Shown: in pieces, positions 19,641-31,420 of the stretch
How the letters are laid out: every line of letters starts with the position of its first letter
Position numbering within the stretch: position 1 is the first letter of the stretch
DNA from: an uncultured bacterium
GTDB taxonomy: Bacteria > Zhuqueibacterota > QNDG01 > DTFT01
Direction: 5' to 3'
NCBI GenBank assembly: GCA_963736115.1
Contig: CAVTNR010000012.1
Coordinates: 64,001 to 128,000, forward strand
Length of the DNA: 64,000 nucleotides
Notes under the pieces: generated by a model
Databases searched by the model: none
Told to the model about the DNA's origin: nothing
What the model saw: only the letters and a program-made list of their open reading frames with translations
Translations under genes and position numbers: made by a program

Positions 19641-20897
19641 ATGGATATATCCGATCTTAAAAAACTGAAAATCGCCGAGCTCACGGATCTGGCCCAGAAC
19701 ATGAAAATCGAGGGCTATTCAGGACTTCGCAAGCAGGAATTGATCTTCAAGATCCTGGAGGAGCAGACCCAACAGGACGGGCATATTTTCTCCGAAGGCG
19801 TGCTCGAAATCCTGCCGGACGGATACGGTTTTCTTCGCTCCGCGACTCCAACTACCTGCCCGGTCCGGACGACATCTATGTCTCCCCCTCGCAGATCAAG
19901 CGGTTCGGCCTGCGCACCGGGCGATACGGTCTCCGGCCAGATCCGGCCGCCCAAAGGAGAATGAGCGCTTTTTCGCCCTGCTCAAGGTCGAGGCCGTCAA
20001 TTACGAGAATCCGGACGAGGCCAAGAGCAAGATTCTCTTCGACAACCTGACGCCGCTCTATCCCAGGCGAAGCTGATCCTCGAAGCTGGAGACCGCGCCG
20101 ATGAATTCACCATGCGCATCATGGACCTGCTCACGCCCATCGGCAAGGGCCAGCGCGGCCTGATCGTCGCCCAGCCCAGAACCGGAAAGACGATCCTGCT
20201 CCAGAAAATCGCCAATGCCATCACCACCAACCATCCCGAGAGTCACGCTGATCGTGCTGCTCATCGACGAGCGGCCCGAGGAAGTGACCGACATGGAGCG
20301 TTCGGTCAAGGCCGAGGTGATCAGCTCGACCTTCGACGAGCCCGCCGAGCGTCACGTGCAGGTGGCCGAGATGGTGATCGAAAAGGCCAAGCGGCTGGTC
20401 GAGTACGGCCAGGACGTGGTCATCCTGCTCGACTCCATCACCCGTCTGGCCCGCGCCCACAACGCCGTGGTGCCGCACTCGCGGCAAGATCCTGTCCGGC
20501 GGCGTCGACTCCAACGCGCTGCATCGGCCCAAGCGCTTCTTCGGCGCCGCCCGCAACATCGAAGAGGGCGGCAGCTTGACCATCATCGCCACGGCCCTGA
20601 TCGACACGGGCAGCCGCATGGACGAGGTCATTTTCGAGGAGTTCAAGGGCACCGGCAACATGGAATTGATGCTCGACCGCCGGCTTTCCGACCGGCGCAT
20701 CTTTCCCGCCATCGACATCAACCGTCCGGCACGCGCAAGGAGGAGCTGCTGCTCGGCCGATCAGGAGCTGAACCGGGTCTGGATCCTGCGCAAGCTGCTG
20801 AACGAGTTGAACATGATCGAGGCCATGGAATTCCTCGTCGAGAAGATGCAGGACCAGCCGCAACAACAAGGATTTCCTGGATTCCATGAGCACGTGA
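19641..20897 (+). CDS. rho: Transcription termination factor Rho, with multiple apparent frameshifts
   Basis: [59 protein letters not shown] and [12 protein letters not shown] lie in alternating frames. Single-base indels near 19843, 19920, 19955, 20068, 20240, 20482, 20725, 20758 and 20860. Confidence 0.92.
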
Positions 20898-21051
20898 GTG
20901 GGGGCGGAAAGACCGCCCGAGAGGGAATTGTCCGTCGCCGCAGGGGCGGCGCGGCGCGGCGCCCCTGCCGGAGTAATCGAGCGACTACAGGACCAGTAAC
21001 GAACAGCCCCCGACGGGCTTGGAAACACAGCAAAAACAGCCCTTTTTCCCC

Positions 21052-21080
21052 TTGCATTCCGGATTTATTTTATGTATATT
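21052..21080 (+). promoter_or_regulatory. sigma70 promoter of rpmE
   Basis: TTGCAT-N17-TATATT, then the AGGAGG RBS. Confidence 0.6.
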
Positions 21081-21107
21081 TATCGGATTTAAGAGGAGGA
21101 TTCTGTT

Positions 21108-21333
21108 TTGAAAAAAGGACATCCACCCGAAATACAACCTCATTCAGGTGAAATGCGCCTGCGGAAGCGTGTTCGAAACCCATTCCACGGCCAAGGAAAT
21201 TCACGTGGAAATCTGCTCCGCCTGCCACCCCTTCTTCACCGGCAAACAGAAGCTTGTGGACACTGCCGGCCGAGTCGAGAAGTACATGAAGAAATACGCC
21301 ATCGACAAGGAAAAGAAGGCCAAGGCCGAGTGA
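21108..21333 (+). CDS. rpmE: 50S ribosomal protein L31 (Zn-binding type), extra A in the A6 run after the TTG start
   Basis: Removing one A gives [19 protein letters not shown]...[24 protein letters not shown]. Confidence 0.93.
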
Positions 21334-21366
21334 CCCGGATTTGCCACCGAGTGAGTGAAAACCCCG

Positions 21367-21396
21367 GCGGACCCGAATCATCGGTTCCGCTTTTTT
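21367..21396 (+). terminator. Intrinsic terminator after rpmE
   Basis: GCGGACCCGA-ATCA-TCGGTTCCGC-TTTTTT. Confidence 0.7.
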
Positions 21397-21423
21397 ATGC
21401 CCGAATGTGAAGGATTCAATCGA

Positions 21424-22338
21424 ATGAACCCCCGGATGAACGTCGGCGGACAGGCCGTCATCGAAGGCGTCATGATGCGTTCCCCCGATTCCGTGGCCGT
21501 GGCGGTCCGGAAGCCGGACGGCCGGATCCGGGTACGCTGCAGGCCGCATGTCCCGTGGACGAAGCGGGTTCGGGTCCTCGGCTGGCCCTTCATCCGGGGC
21601 GGCGTGATTCTGATCGAATCCCTGGTGCTCGGATTCCGGGCCCTGGAGTATTCGAGCGAGGTGTCCATGGCGGATGCCTCGAAACCGGATCCGAAACCCG
21701 CCGGCCCGGCCGAAAAATGGCTGATGGCGGGCACCCTGGCGTTTTCCTTCGCTGTCGGGCTCCTGCTGTTCTTCTATCTGCCCCTGCTCGTGGCGGGCTG
21801 GACGGGCGTGAAGAGCGGATGGGCCTTCAATCTCGTCGACGGCGCGGTGCGGCTCGCGGTGTTCCTGGCCTACCTGACACTGATCCGGCAATGGAAGGAC
21901 ATCCGGCGCGTATTCGAGTACCACGGCGCCGAACACAAGTCCATCTTCGCGTTCGAGTCGGGCCGGCCGCTCAACGTGGAATCGGCCAGATCCTTTTCCG
22001 TGCGTCACCCCCGATGCGGAACCAGTTTTCTGCTGACCGTGGTGTGGGTGTCCATCCTGGTGTTCCTCTTCCTGGGCCGGCCCGACACGGTCGGCGACCG
22101 GCTGACCCGCCTGCTCTTCCTCCCCGTCATCGGCGGCCTGTCGTACGAGATCATCCGGCTGGCCTCAACCCCTGCCGGCAAATGGCTCTCGAAAACTCTG
22201 GTGGCGCCGGGCGTGTGGCTGCAGCGCCTCACCACGGACGAGCCGGACGACGGCCAGATCGAAGTGGCGCTCGCCGCGCTCCACGCGGCCCTGGGCCGTA
22301 CGGACGGGCCGTCCGTTGAGACCGACGGGGAGACCTGA
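21424..22338 (+). CDS. DUF1385 membrane protein (putative metal-dependent enzyme)
   Basis: [30 protein letters not shown] and [11 protein letters not shown] motifs. Confidence 0.9.
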   Translation: MNPRMNVGGQAVIEGVMMRSPDSVAVAVRKPDGRIRVRCRPHVPWTKRVRVLGWPFIRGGVILIESLVLGFRALEYSSEVSMADASKPDPKPAGPAEKWLMAGTLAFSFAVGLLLFFYLPLLVAGWTGVKSGWAFNLVDGAVRLAVFLAYLTLIRQWKDIRRVFEYHGAEHKSIFAFESGRPLNVESARSFSVRHPRCGTSFLLTVVWVSILVFLFLGRPDTVGDRLTRLLFLPVIGGLSYEIIRLASTPAGKWLSKTLVAPGVWLQRLTTDEPDDGQIEVALAALHAALGRTDGPSVETDGET

Positions 22339-22342
22339 GGCG

Positions 22343-23434
22343 ATGGGTTCCGCCGAAAACGACCTGCTGCTCGCCAAGTGCGGGCGCATGGAAATCCGGC
22401 TCCGGGAAGTTGAAAAAGCGCTGGAGGACCCGGACGTCCTCCGCCAGGCGGACAAGGCTGTCGCGTTCAACCGCGAGTACCGCCAGCTGGCCGCGCTCAT
22501 GGAAACGGCCGGGGCCTACCGGTCGCTCCTTCAGAAGATAGACGGGGACGGTGAAATCCTCAAAAGCTCGTCCGACCCCGAGCTCCGCGTCATGGCACAG
22601 GAGGAGCTCGAGGAGGCCCGCGCCGCGCTCGGCCTCACCGAAACCGAGCTGAAGCGCCTGCTGATCCCGAAAAGTCCGGAAGACGAACGGAACGCCATCA
22701 TGGAGATCCGCGCCGGCACCGGGGGCGAAGAAGCGGCCCTTTTCGCCGGCGATCTGTTCCGGATGTACACCAAATACGTCGAGGGCCGGGGCTGGCGCCG
22801 GGAGCTGATGGGCTCCAACCCGACGGGCCTGGGCGGGTTCAAGGAAATCGTCTTTTCCGTGTCCGGCGACGGCGCGTTCGGCATCCTGAAATTCGAAAGC
22901 GGCGTGCACCGGGTTCAGCGCGTGCCCGTCACGGAGACCGGCGGCCGCATCCACACGTCCGCCGCGTCCGTGGTCGTCCTGCCCGAGGTCGAGGAAGTGG
23001 ACGTGGTGATCGACCCGAAGGATATCCGCATCGACGTGTACCGCTCGTCCGGGCCGGGCGGCCAGAGCGTGAACACGACCGACTCCGCGGTGCGTATCAC
23101 CCACGTCCCCTCCGGGATGATCGTCACCTGCCAGGACGAAAAATCCCAGCACAAAAACAAGGCCAAGGCGCTGAAAGTCCTCCGGGCGCGGCTGTATGAC
23201 CTGCGCAAGAAGGAGGAGGAGGCGCGGATGAAGGCCAGCCGGCGGTCGATGATCGGCACCGGCGACCGAAGCGAAAAGATACGGACCTACAATTTCCCCC
23301 AGGGCCGCGTGACCGACCACCGCGTCAACCTGACGCTGTACCGCCTTCCAGAGATCATGAACGGCGACATCAGCGAGCTGGTTGAAACCCTGCGTATAGC
23401 GGATCTCGACGCGAGGCTGGAGGCGGATCAGTAA
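22343..23434 (+). CDS. prfA: Peptide chain release factor 1
   Basis: [11 protein letters not shown] (PxT motif, RF1), GPGGQSVN and IRTYNFPQ motifs. Confidence 0.96.
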   Translation: MGSAENDLLLAKCGRMEIRLREVEKALEDPDVLRQADKAVAFNREYRQLAALMETAGAYRSLLQKIDGDGEILKSSSDPELRVMAQEELEEARAALGLTETELKRLLIPKSPEDERNAIMEIRAGTGGEEAALFAGDLFRMYTKYVEGRGWRRELMGSNPTGLGGFKEIVFSVSGDGAFGILKFESGVHRVQRVPVTETGGRIHTSAASVVVLPEVEEVDVVIDPKDIRIDVYRSSGPGGQSVNTTDSAVRITHVPSGMIVTCQDEKSQHKNKAKALKVLRARLYDLRKKEEEARMKASRRSMIGTGDRSEKIRTYNFPQGRVTDHRVNLTLYRLPEIMNGDISELVETLRIADLDARLEADQ

Positions 23435-23533
23435 ACGCGGCCGGCCGGGCCCTCCGGCCCGACATCGCGGGAACCGGGTAATACAGGCGACGGCCGCCCG
23501 AGAGGCGGCGGAAACGCCCATCAGGAGGCACCC

Positions 23534-24820
23534 ATGGCTCGAAACGTTCTCGCCATCATCATGGCCGGCGGGTCTGGAACCCGCCTGTGGCCGCTGACCA
23601 AGGACCGGGCGAAACCCGCCGTCCCCATCGCGGGGAAATTCCGGTTGATCGACATCCCCATCAGCAACTGCATCAATTCCGAGATCCGGCAGATCTTCGT
23701 CCTCACCCAGTTCAATTCCAATTCCCTGAACCGGCACGTTTCCCAGACCTATTTCTTCGACCGGTTCACCGAGGGATTCGTGCAGATCCTCGCCGCCCAG
23801 CAGACCGTGGAGCACTCGGACTGGTACCAGGGCACGGCCGATTCCGTCCGCAAAAATCTGCGCTATTTCCTCGATCGGGAGTACGACCACTACCTCATCC
23901 TCGCGGGCGATCACCTGTACTCCATGGACTACCAGCGGCTGATTAAATTCCACATGGAGAAACAGTCGGACATCACCGTCGGCGTCCTGCCCGTGGCGCG
24001 CGAGAAGGCCTCGGAGTTCGGAATCCTCCGGCTGAACGATGATTCGCGCATCACCTCCTTTCTCGAGAAGCCGAAACAACCCTCCGACATCGATCCCTTC
24101 ATCGCCTCCCGCGAATGGATGCGCAGCCAGGGGCATCAGTCCTCGGGCGAGGAAGTCATCGGATCCATGGGCATCTATCTCTTCAATCGCCAGGTGCTGG
24201 TCGAACTCCTGACCGAGACCGACCACACTGATTTCGGAAAGGGCGTCATTCCGCACGCCATCCAGACGAAAAACGTGTCCGGCTATCTGTTCGACGGATA
24301 CTGGGAGGACGTCGGGACCATCCGGTCCTTCTACAAGGCCATGATGGACCTCGTCGTGCCCTGCCCGAAATTCAACTTCTACGAGGCCCGGCGTCCCATC
24401 TACACCCGACCCCGGTACCTGCCCGGCGCCAAGATCACCAATTGCCAGGTGATGGAATCCATCATCAACGAAGGCACGGTTCTCGAGGAGTGCCGGGTGG
24501 AGCATTCCATGGTCGGCATCCGCGCCCGCGTCAGCCAGGGCGCGTCGATCAGCCGTTCCATCGTCATGGGCGCCGATTATTTCGAAAACGCGGAGGACCT
24601 CGTCGAGAACCGGCGGCTCAGCCGGCCCAACATCGGCATCGGACGGAACTGCGTCATCGAAAAAGCCATCATCGACAAGAACGCCCGGCTCGGTGAAGGG
24701 GTTCAGATTCTCGACCGGAACCGGCCCACGGATCTGGAAACGGAAAATTACACGATCAAGGAGGGCATCGTCATCGTGCCGAAAAACGGCGTGCTCGCCC
24801 CGGGGACCGTCATTGGATAA
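23534..24820 (+). CDS. glgC: Glucose-1-phosphate adenylyltransferase
   Basis: [36 protein letters not shown] and IIDKNAR motifs. Confidence 0.95.
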   Translation: MARNVLAIIMAGGSGTRLWPLTKDRAKPAVPIAGKFRLIDIPISNCINSEIRQIFVLTQFNSNSLNRHVSQTYFFDRFTEGFVQILAAQQTVEHSDWYQGTADSVRKNLRYFLDREYDHYLILAGDHLYSMDYQRLIKFHMEKQSDITVGVLPVAREKASEFGILRLNDDSRITSFLEKPKQPSDIDPFIASREWMRSQGHQSSGEEVIGSMGIYLFNRQVLVELLTETDHTDFGKGVIPHAIQTKNVSGYLFDGYWEDVGTIRSFYKAMMDLVVPCPKFNFYEARRPIYTRPRYLPGAKITNCQVMESIINEGTVLEECRVEHSMVGIRARVSQGASISRSIVMGADYFENAEDLVENRRLSRPNIGIGRNCVIEKAIIDKNARLGEGVQILDRNRPTDLETENYTIKEGIVIVPKNGVLAPGTVIG

Positions 24821-25952
24821 GCCGAAACCGGCCGTCCTGATCCTTCAGGACGGCCGCACGTTTACAGGGGAGCCGTTCGGCGCTCCGGTCACGGCTTTCG
24901 GCGAGGCGGTGTTCAACACCGGCATGACGGGGTACCAGGAGATCCTCACGGATCCCTCGTACCGCGGCCAGATGGTCGTCATGACCTACCCCCACATCGG
25001 CAACACCGGTATCAACGAGGAGGATGTGGAATCGTACCGTCCCCACGTCGAGGGGCTCATCGTCCGGGAGCTGTGCGCCGAGCCCAGCAATTACCGGTCG
25101 ATGCGGAGCCTGGACGATTATCTCAGGGAATCGGGCATCCCGGGCATACAGGGCATAGACACGCGCGCCCTGACCCGCCACCTGCGGGAAAAGGGATCCC
25201 TGATGGCCGCATTGTCAAACGACGGGACCGACCCGGCCGTCCTGAAGGAAAAACTGCGACAACACCCGGGCATCGTCGGCCGCGACCTGGTCAGCGGCGT
25301 CAGCATCGAACGGTCCCTGGAGTGGTCGATTCCCGCGTCCCAGGCCTGGTACCATGATCCCGTGACCGTGGATCCGGGCAAGCGGCGGTTCCGGGTCGCG
25401 GCCTTTGACTTCGGCATGAAGTGGAACATTCTGCGCCTGCTGACGGGATTCGGCATGGACGTCACGGTGCTTCCCTCCTCCACACCCGCGGAAAAGGTGA
25501 GGGAGATGAAGCCGGACGGGGTTTTCCTGTCCAACGGGCCCGGGGATCCCGAGGCGCTGGGCCCGGTCATCGACACGGTCCGCCGTGTCGCGGCCGAATT
25601 TCCGGTTTTCGGCATCTGCCTCGGCCACCAGATTCTCGGCCTGGCCTTCGGCGCGAAGACGCTCAAGCTGAAATTCGGACACCACGGGTCCAACCACCCG
25701 GTGCGCGAGGAGGAATCGGGCCGCATCGAGATCACGTCTCAGAACCACAATTTCGCGGTGGACCCGGAATCCGCCCGCGCCGCGGGATTCGACATCACCC
25801 ACATCAACCTGAACGACCGCACGGTCGAGGGCATGCGCCACAGGGAACTGCCCGTGTTCTGCGTGCAGTACCACCCCGAGGCCTCCCCCGGCCCGCACGA
25901 TTCCCTCGCGCTCTTCCGCGAATTCATCCGGCGGATGGAAGCGGCGGAGTAG
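24813..25952 (+). CDS. carA: Carbamoyl-phosphate synthase small subunit
   Basis: [28 protein letters not shown] and [10 protein letters not shown] motifs. TTG start overlaps the end of glgC. Confidence 0.96.
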   Translation: MDKPKPAVLILQDGRTFTGEPFGAPVTAFGEAVFNTGMTGYQEILTDPSYRGQMVVMTYPHIGNTGINEEDVESYRPHVEGLIVRELCAEPSNYRSMRSLDDYLRESGIPGIQGIDTRALTRHLREKGSLMAALSNDGTDPAVLKEKLRQHPGIVGRDLVSGVSIERSLEWSIPASQAWYHDPVTVDPGKRRFRVAAFDFGMKWNILRLLTGFGMDVTVLPSSTPAEKVREMKPDGVFLSNGPGDPEALGPVIDTVRRVAAEFPVFGICLGHQILGLAFGAKTLKLKFGHHGSNHPVREEESGRIEITSQNHNFAVDPESARAAGFDITHINLNDRTVEGMRHRELPVFCVQYHPEASPGPHDSLALFREFIRRMEAAE

Positions 25953-25968
25953 ACCAACCGGGAGATCC

Positions 25969-29163
<3,195 letters not shown>

Positions 29164-29172
29164 TCGGCCCAA

Positions 29173-29226
29173 CCCGTTCGCCCTGAGCGAAGCCTGCCCC
29201 GAGCATTGCCGAGGGGTCGAAGGGCG
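29173..29226. repeat. Nested REP-like intergenic repeat
   Basis: CCGTTCGCCCTGAGCGAAG[CCTGCCCCGAGCATTGCCGAGGGG]TCGAAGGG, a CCTGAGC..GTCGAAGG unit interrupted by a related unit. Confidence 0.6.
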
Positions 29227-29385
29227 AAAGTCGGAACTCACAAGAGATCGCGCCAGGGTCGTCCCCCGGCGCGATTTTTGTTTGACCGTGTCATTGCCTG
29301 ATGACGGCATGGGAGACGGCACCCTGCTTCAAGAAGGCAACGGTTTCTCGTACCGTGCGCTTTCGGTCAATCATTCCGAATGAGC

Positions 29386-29431
29386 TTGACTTCATCTTCA
29401 TATTTTATTAAATTACTTTGTATTTTAAAGA
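29386..29431 (+). promoter_or_regulatory. sigma70 promoter with an adjacent palindromic operator
   Basis: TTGACT-N17-TAAATT directly followed by ACTTT-N7-AAAGA. Confidence 0.55.
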
Positions 29432-29453
29432 CGACCCCAGACGGAGCGTTCCA

Positions 29454-30047
29454 ATGGATAAGAAACAAGCTTATCAGGAATTGACTTTCATTAAAAAGTT
29501 CATGGAAGACAGCCAGAAAGCGCTGATAGACAACGGCATTTTCATTATCCTGATGAGTCTCTTCGCCCTTTTAGGCGTGGCACTGAAAATCTTTAAGGAT
29601 TTCATCGGTCTTGAAATCGACAATCTTTTTATCTATATCCCGCTGATTGCGGCAGGCGTCGTTTTCGCCGCCGTTTACAAGATCCGCCTGTACGCGAAAT
29701 CAGGCGGAAAAACCTACGCCTCCAGGACCATCGACGGCATCTATATGGCATTCGTCATTTCCGCCTCCACACTGGGAATTATCGGATATTCCAGCGGCGG
29801 AATACCGCCTTTTTCTGTGGCCCCGGTCATTTGCGTTCTATTCGGCTTCCATCAATACGTTTGCGGTCTTCTCTTGAATCATCGCCTGATTTCTGCCACT
29901 GCGTTTGGATGGTGGATTTCATCCATCGGCATGTTTCTATGGCCCGGGGAACATTCCGTCATCGGCGTCGGAATCCTGTTGATCCTTTTCCAGATTATTC
30001 CCGGCCTCTCTCTGTACCGTAACCGGAAAATACGGAAAAATGGCTGA
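29454..30047 (+). CDS. Six-TM membrane protein upstream of a wHTH regulator
   Basis: MDKKQAYQELTFIKKFME N-terminus plus TM helices. Overlaps the next gene. Confidence 0.75.
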   Translation: MDKKQAYQELTFIKKFMEDSQKALIDNGIFIILMSLFALLGVALKIFKDFIGLEIDNLFIYIPLIAAGVVFAAVYKIRLYAKSGGKTYASRTIDGIYMAFVISASTLGIIGYSSGGIPPFSVAPVICVLFGFHQYVCGLLLNHRLISATAFGWWISSIGMFLWPGEHSVIGVGILLILFQIIPGLSLYRNRKIRKNG

Positions 30048-30333
30048 TTTCAATTACCAGCAATTGGATGAAATCATTCATTCCAGGATCCGGCTGGCAA
30101 TCATGTCAATACTGGTCGGCATCGATCAGGCGGAATTTACGTTTTTGAAGGAACAGGTCAAAACGACGGACGGCAACCTGAGCATCCATCTGAAAAAACT
30201 GGAGGACGCCGGTTATATCGCCGCGACAAAACGGTTCCTCAACCGCAGGCCCGTTTCGAGCTACCGGATGACGCCGAAGGGGAAAACCGCGTTCGAGAAA
30301 TATGTGGCAAAGATCGAAAAACTGATCCGGTGA
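30040..30333 (+). CDS. Winged-helix transcriptional regulator (HTH_34 type)
   Basis: LDEIIHSRIRLAIMSIL and TDGNLSIHLKKLEDAGYI motifs. Confidence 0.9.
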   Translation: MADFNYQQLDEIIHSRIRLAIMSILVGIDQAEFTFLKEQVKTTDGNLSIHLKKLEDAGYIAATKRFLNRRPVSSYRMTPKGKTAFEKYVAKIEKLIR

Positions 30334-30348
30334 TTTTTTTTCGCTACT

Positions 30349-30367
30349 TACTTTATTTTTCAAAGTA
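30349..30367. promoter_or_regulatory. Second copy of the palindromic operator
   Basis: TACTTT-N7-AAAGTA directly after the regulator gene. Confidence 0.55.
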
Positions 30368-30389
30368 CTCATTTGACCGGAGTTGCCCG

Positions 30390-30833
30390 ATGAAACATGT
30401 TCTGCGGCTGGATGTCCTGCTGATGCTCATTTGCCCGGTCCTATATGCTCAGGATTCGCCTCGCACCGGCGATCTGACCGTCATCGTTTCCGGATTGAAA
30501 AGCGACAAGGGTGACCTCAAAATCGGACTGTTCAATTCAGCCGGAAGTTTTCAGGGGAAATCAACCAAATTCAGGGGATCCGCCCTTCCGATCACGGGCC
30601 GGCGGGCGCAATGGCTGATCGAGGACGTTCCACTCGGAGAATACGCGGTCAAGCTGTTTCATGATGAGGACATGGACGACCGGGTGGACCGGAATTTCAT
30701 CGGCATGCCGTCCGAAGACATCGGTTTCTCGAACCATGCGAGAATCGGCCTGACCGGGCTCCCCGGTTTCAACAGGGCCAAATTTCGTCTCGATTCCGCG
30801 GAAATGACCATTGTGATCGAATTGAATCGGTAG
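30390..30833 (+). CDS. DUF2141 secreted protein
   Basis: GEYAVKLFHDED...NFIGMPSEDIGFSN motif. Confidence 0.85.
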   Translation: MKHVLRLDVLLMLICPVLYAQDSPRTGDLTVIVSGLKSDKGDLKIGLFNSAGSFQGKSTKFRGSALPITGRRAQWLIEDVPLGEYAVKLFHDEDMDDRVDRNFIGMPSEDIGFSNHARIGLTGLPGFNRAKFRLDSAEMTIVIELNR

Positions 30834-30851
30834 CGGGAAAGGAGCCGCTTC

Positions 30852-31307
30852 ATGAATTTCAGAAGAATAATGTCAATCGGCATCGTGTCGGGGATCAGCA
30901 TGACGCTCGGGCTTTTCATCGGAGGAGCCGCATTTGCCCGTCTCATTTACGGGCCGCAATTCGTCCCGCCGGGCAAATTTGAAGCGGAACAAATCAATCC
31001 GTTCTATTTCTTCTGGACCAAGGCCGTGATCGGCGTTTTTTTCGGAATCCTGTTCACGCTTTTTTATGAACTGCTTCCTCTGGCAAAAAGGATCCGGGGG
31101 GCGTTCCAGGGCCTGAAATACGGTTTTTTCTTCTGGCTGGTCCTGACCGCATGGGATATCTCCCATCCCCTGGTGTATGATTCCATCCAGAACAAGGACC
31201 AGTTGTTCTGGACAGTCTATTCCCTGGTCGGATTTCTGGCGTACGGATTCACGGCAGGCGGTCTGTATCAAAGGAAAAAAGGCGGCCGGCTTCCTGCGGC
31301 AGGTTGA
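30852..31307 (+). CDS. Four-TM hypothetical membrane protein
   Basis: RBS AAGGAG and hydrophobic helices. Confidence 0.7.
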   Translation: MNFRRIMSIGIVSGISMTLGLFIGGAAFARLIYGPQFVPPGKFEAEQINPFYFFWTKAVIGVFFGILFTLFYELLPLAKRIRGAFQGLKYGFFFWLVLTAWDISHPLVYDSIQNKDQLFWTVYSLVGFLAYGFTAGGLYQRKKGGRLPAAG

Positions 31308-31420
31308 CCGATTGGACATCCGTCGAACCGGCCGGACGGGCGTTGCCTCTCATGGATTTCACCCTTCAGTGTTTCATTCCATGAACCCTACAGCCGCCCC
31401 GGGCGCCGCCCGGGCGGCTG

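Noticed and set aside
19641-20897. Programmed frameshifting in rho
   Set aside because: About nine indels of both signs at non-slippery sites cannot be a recoding programme.
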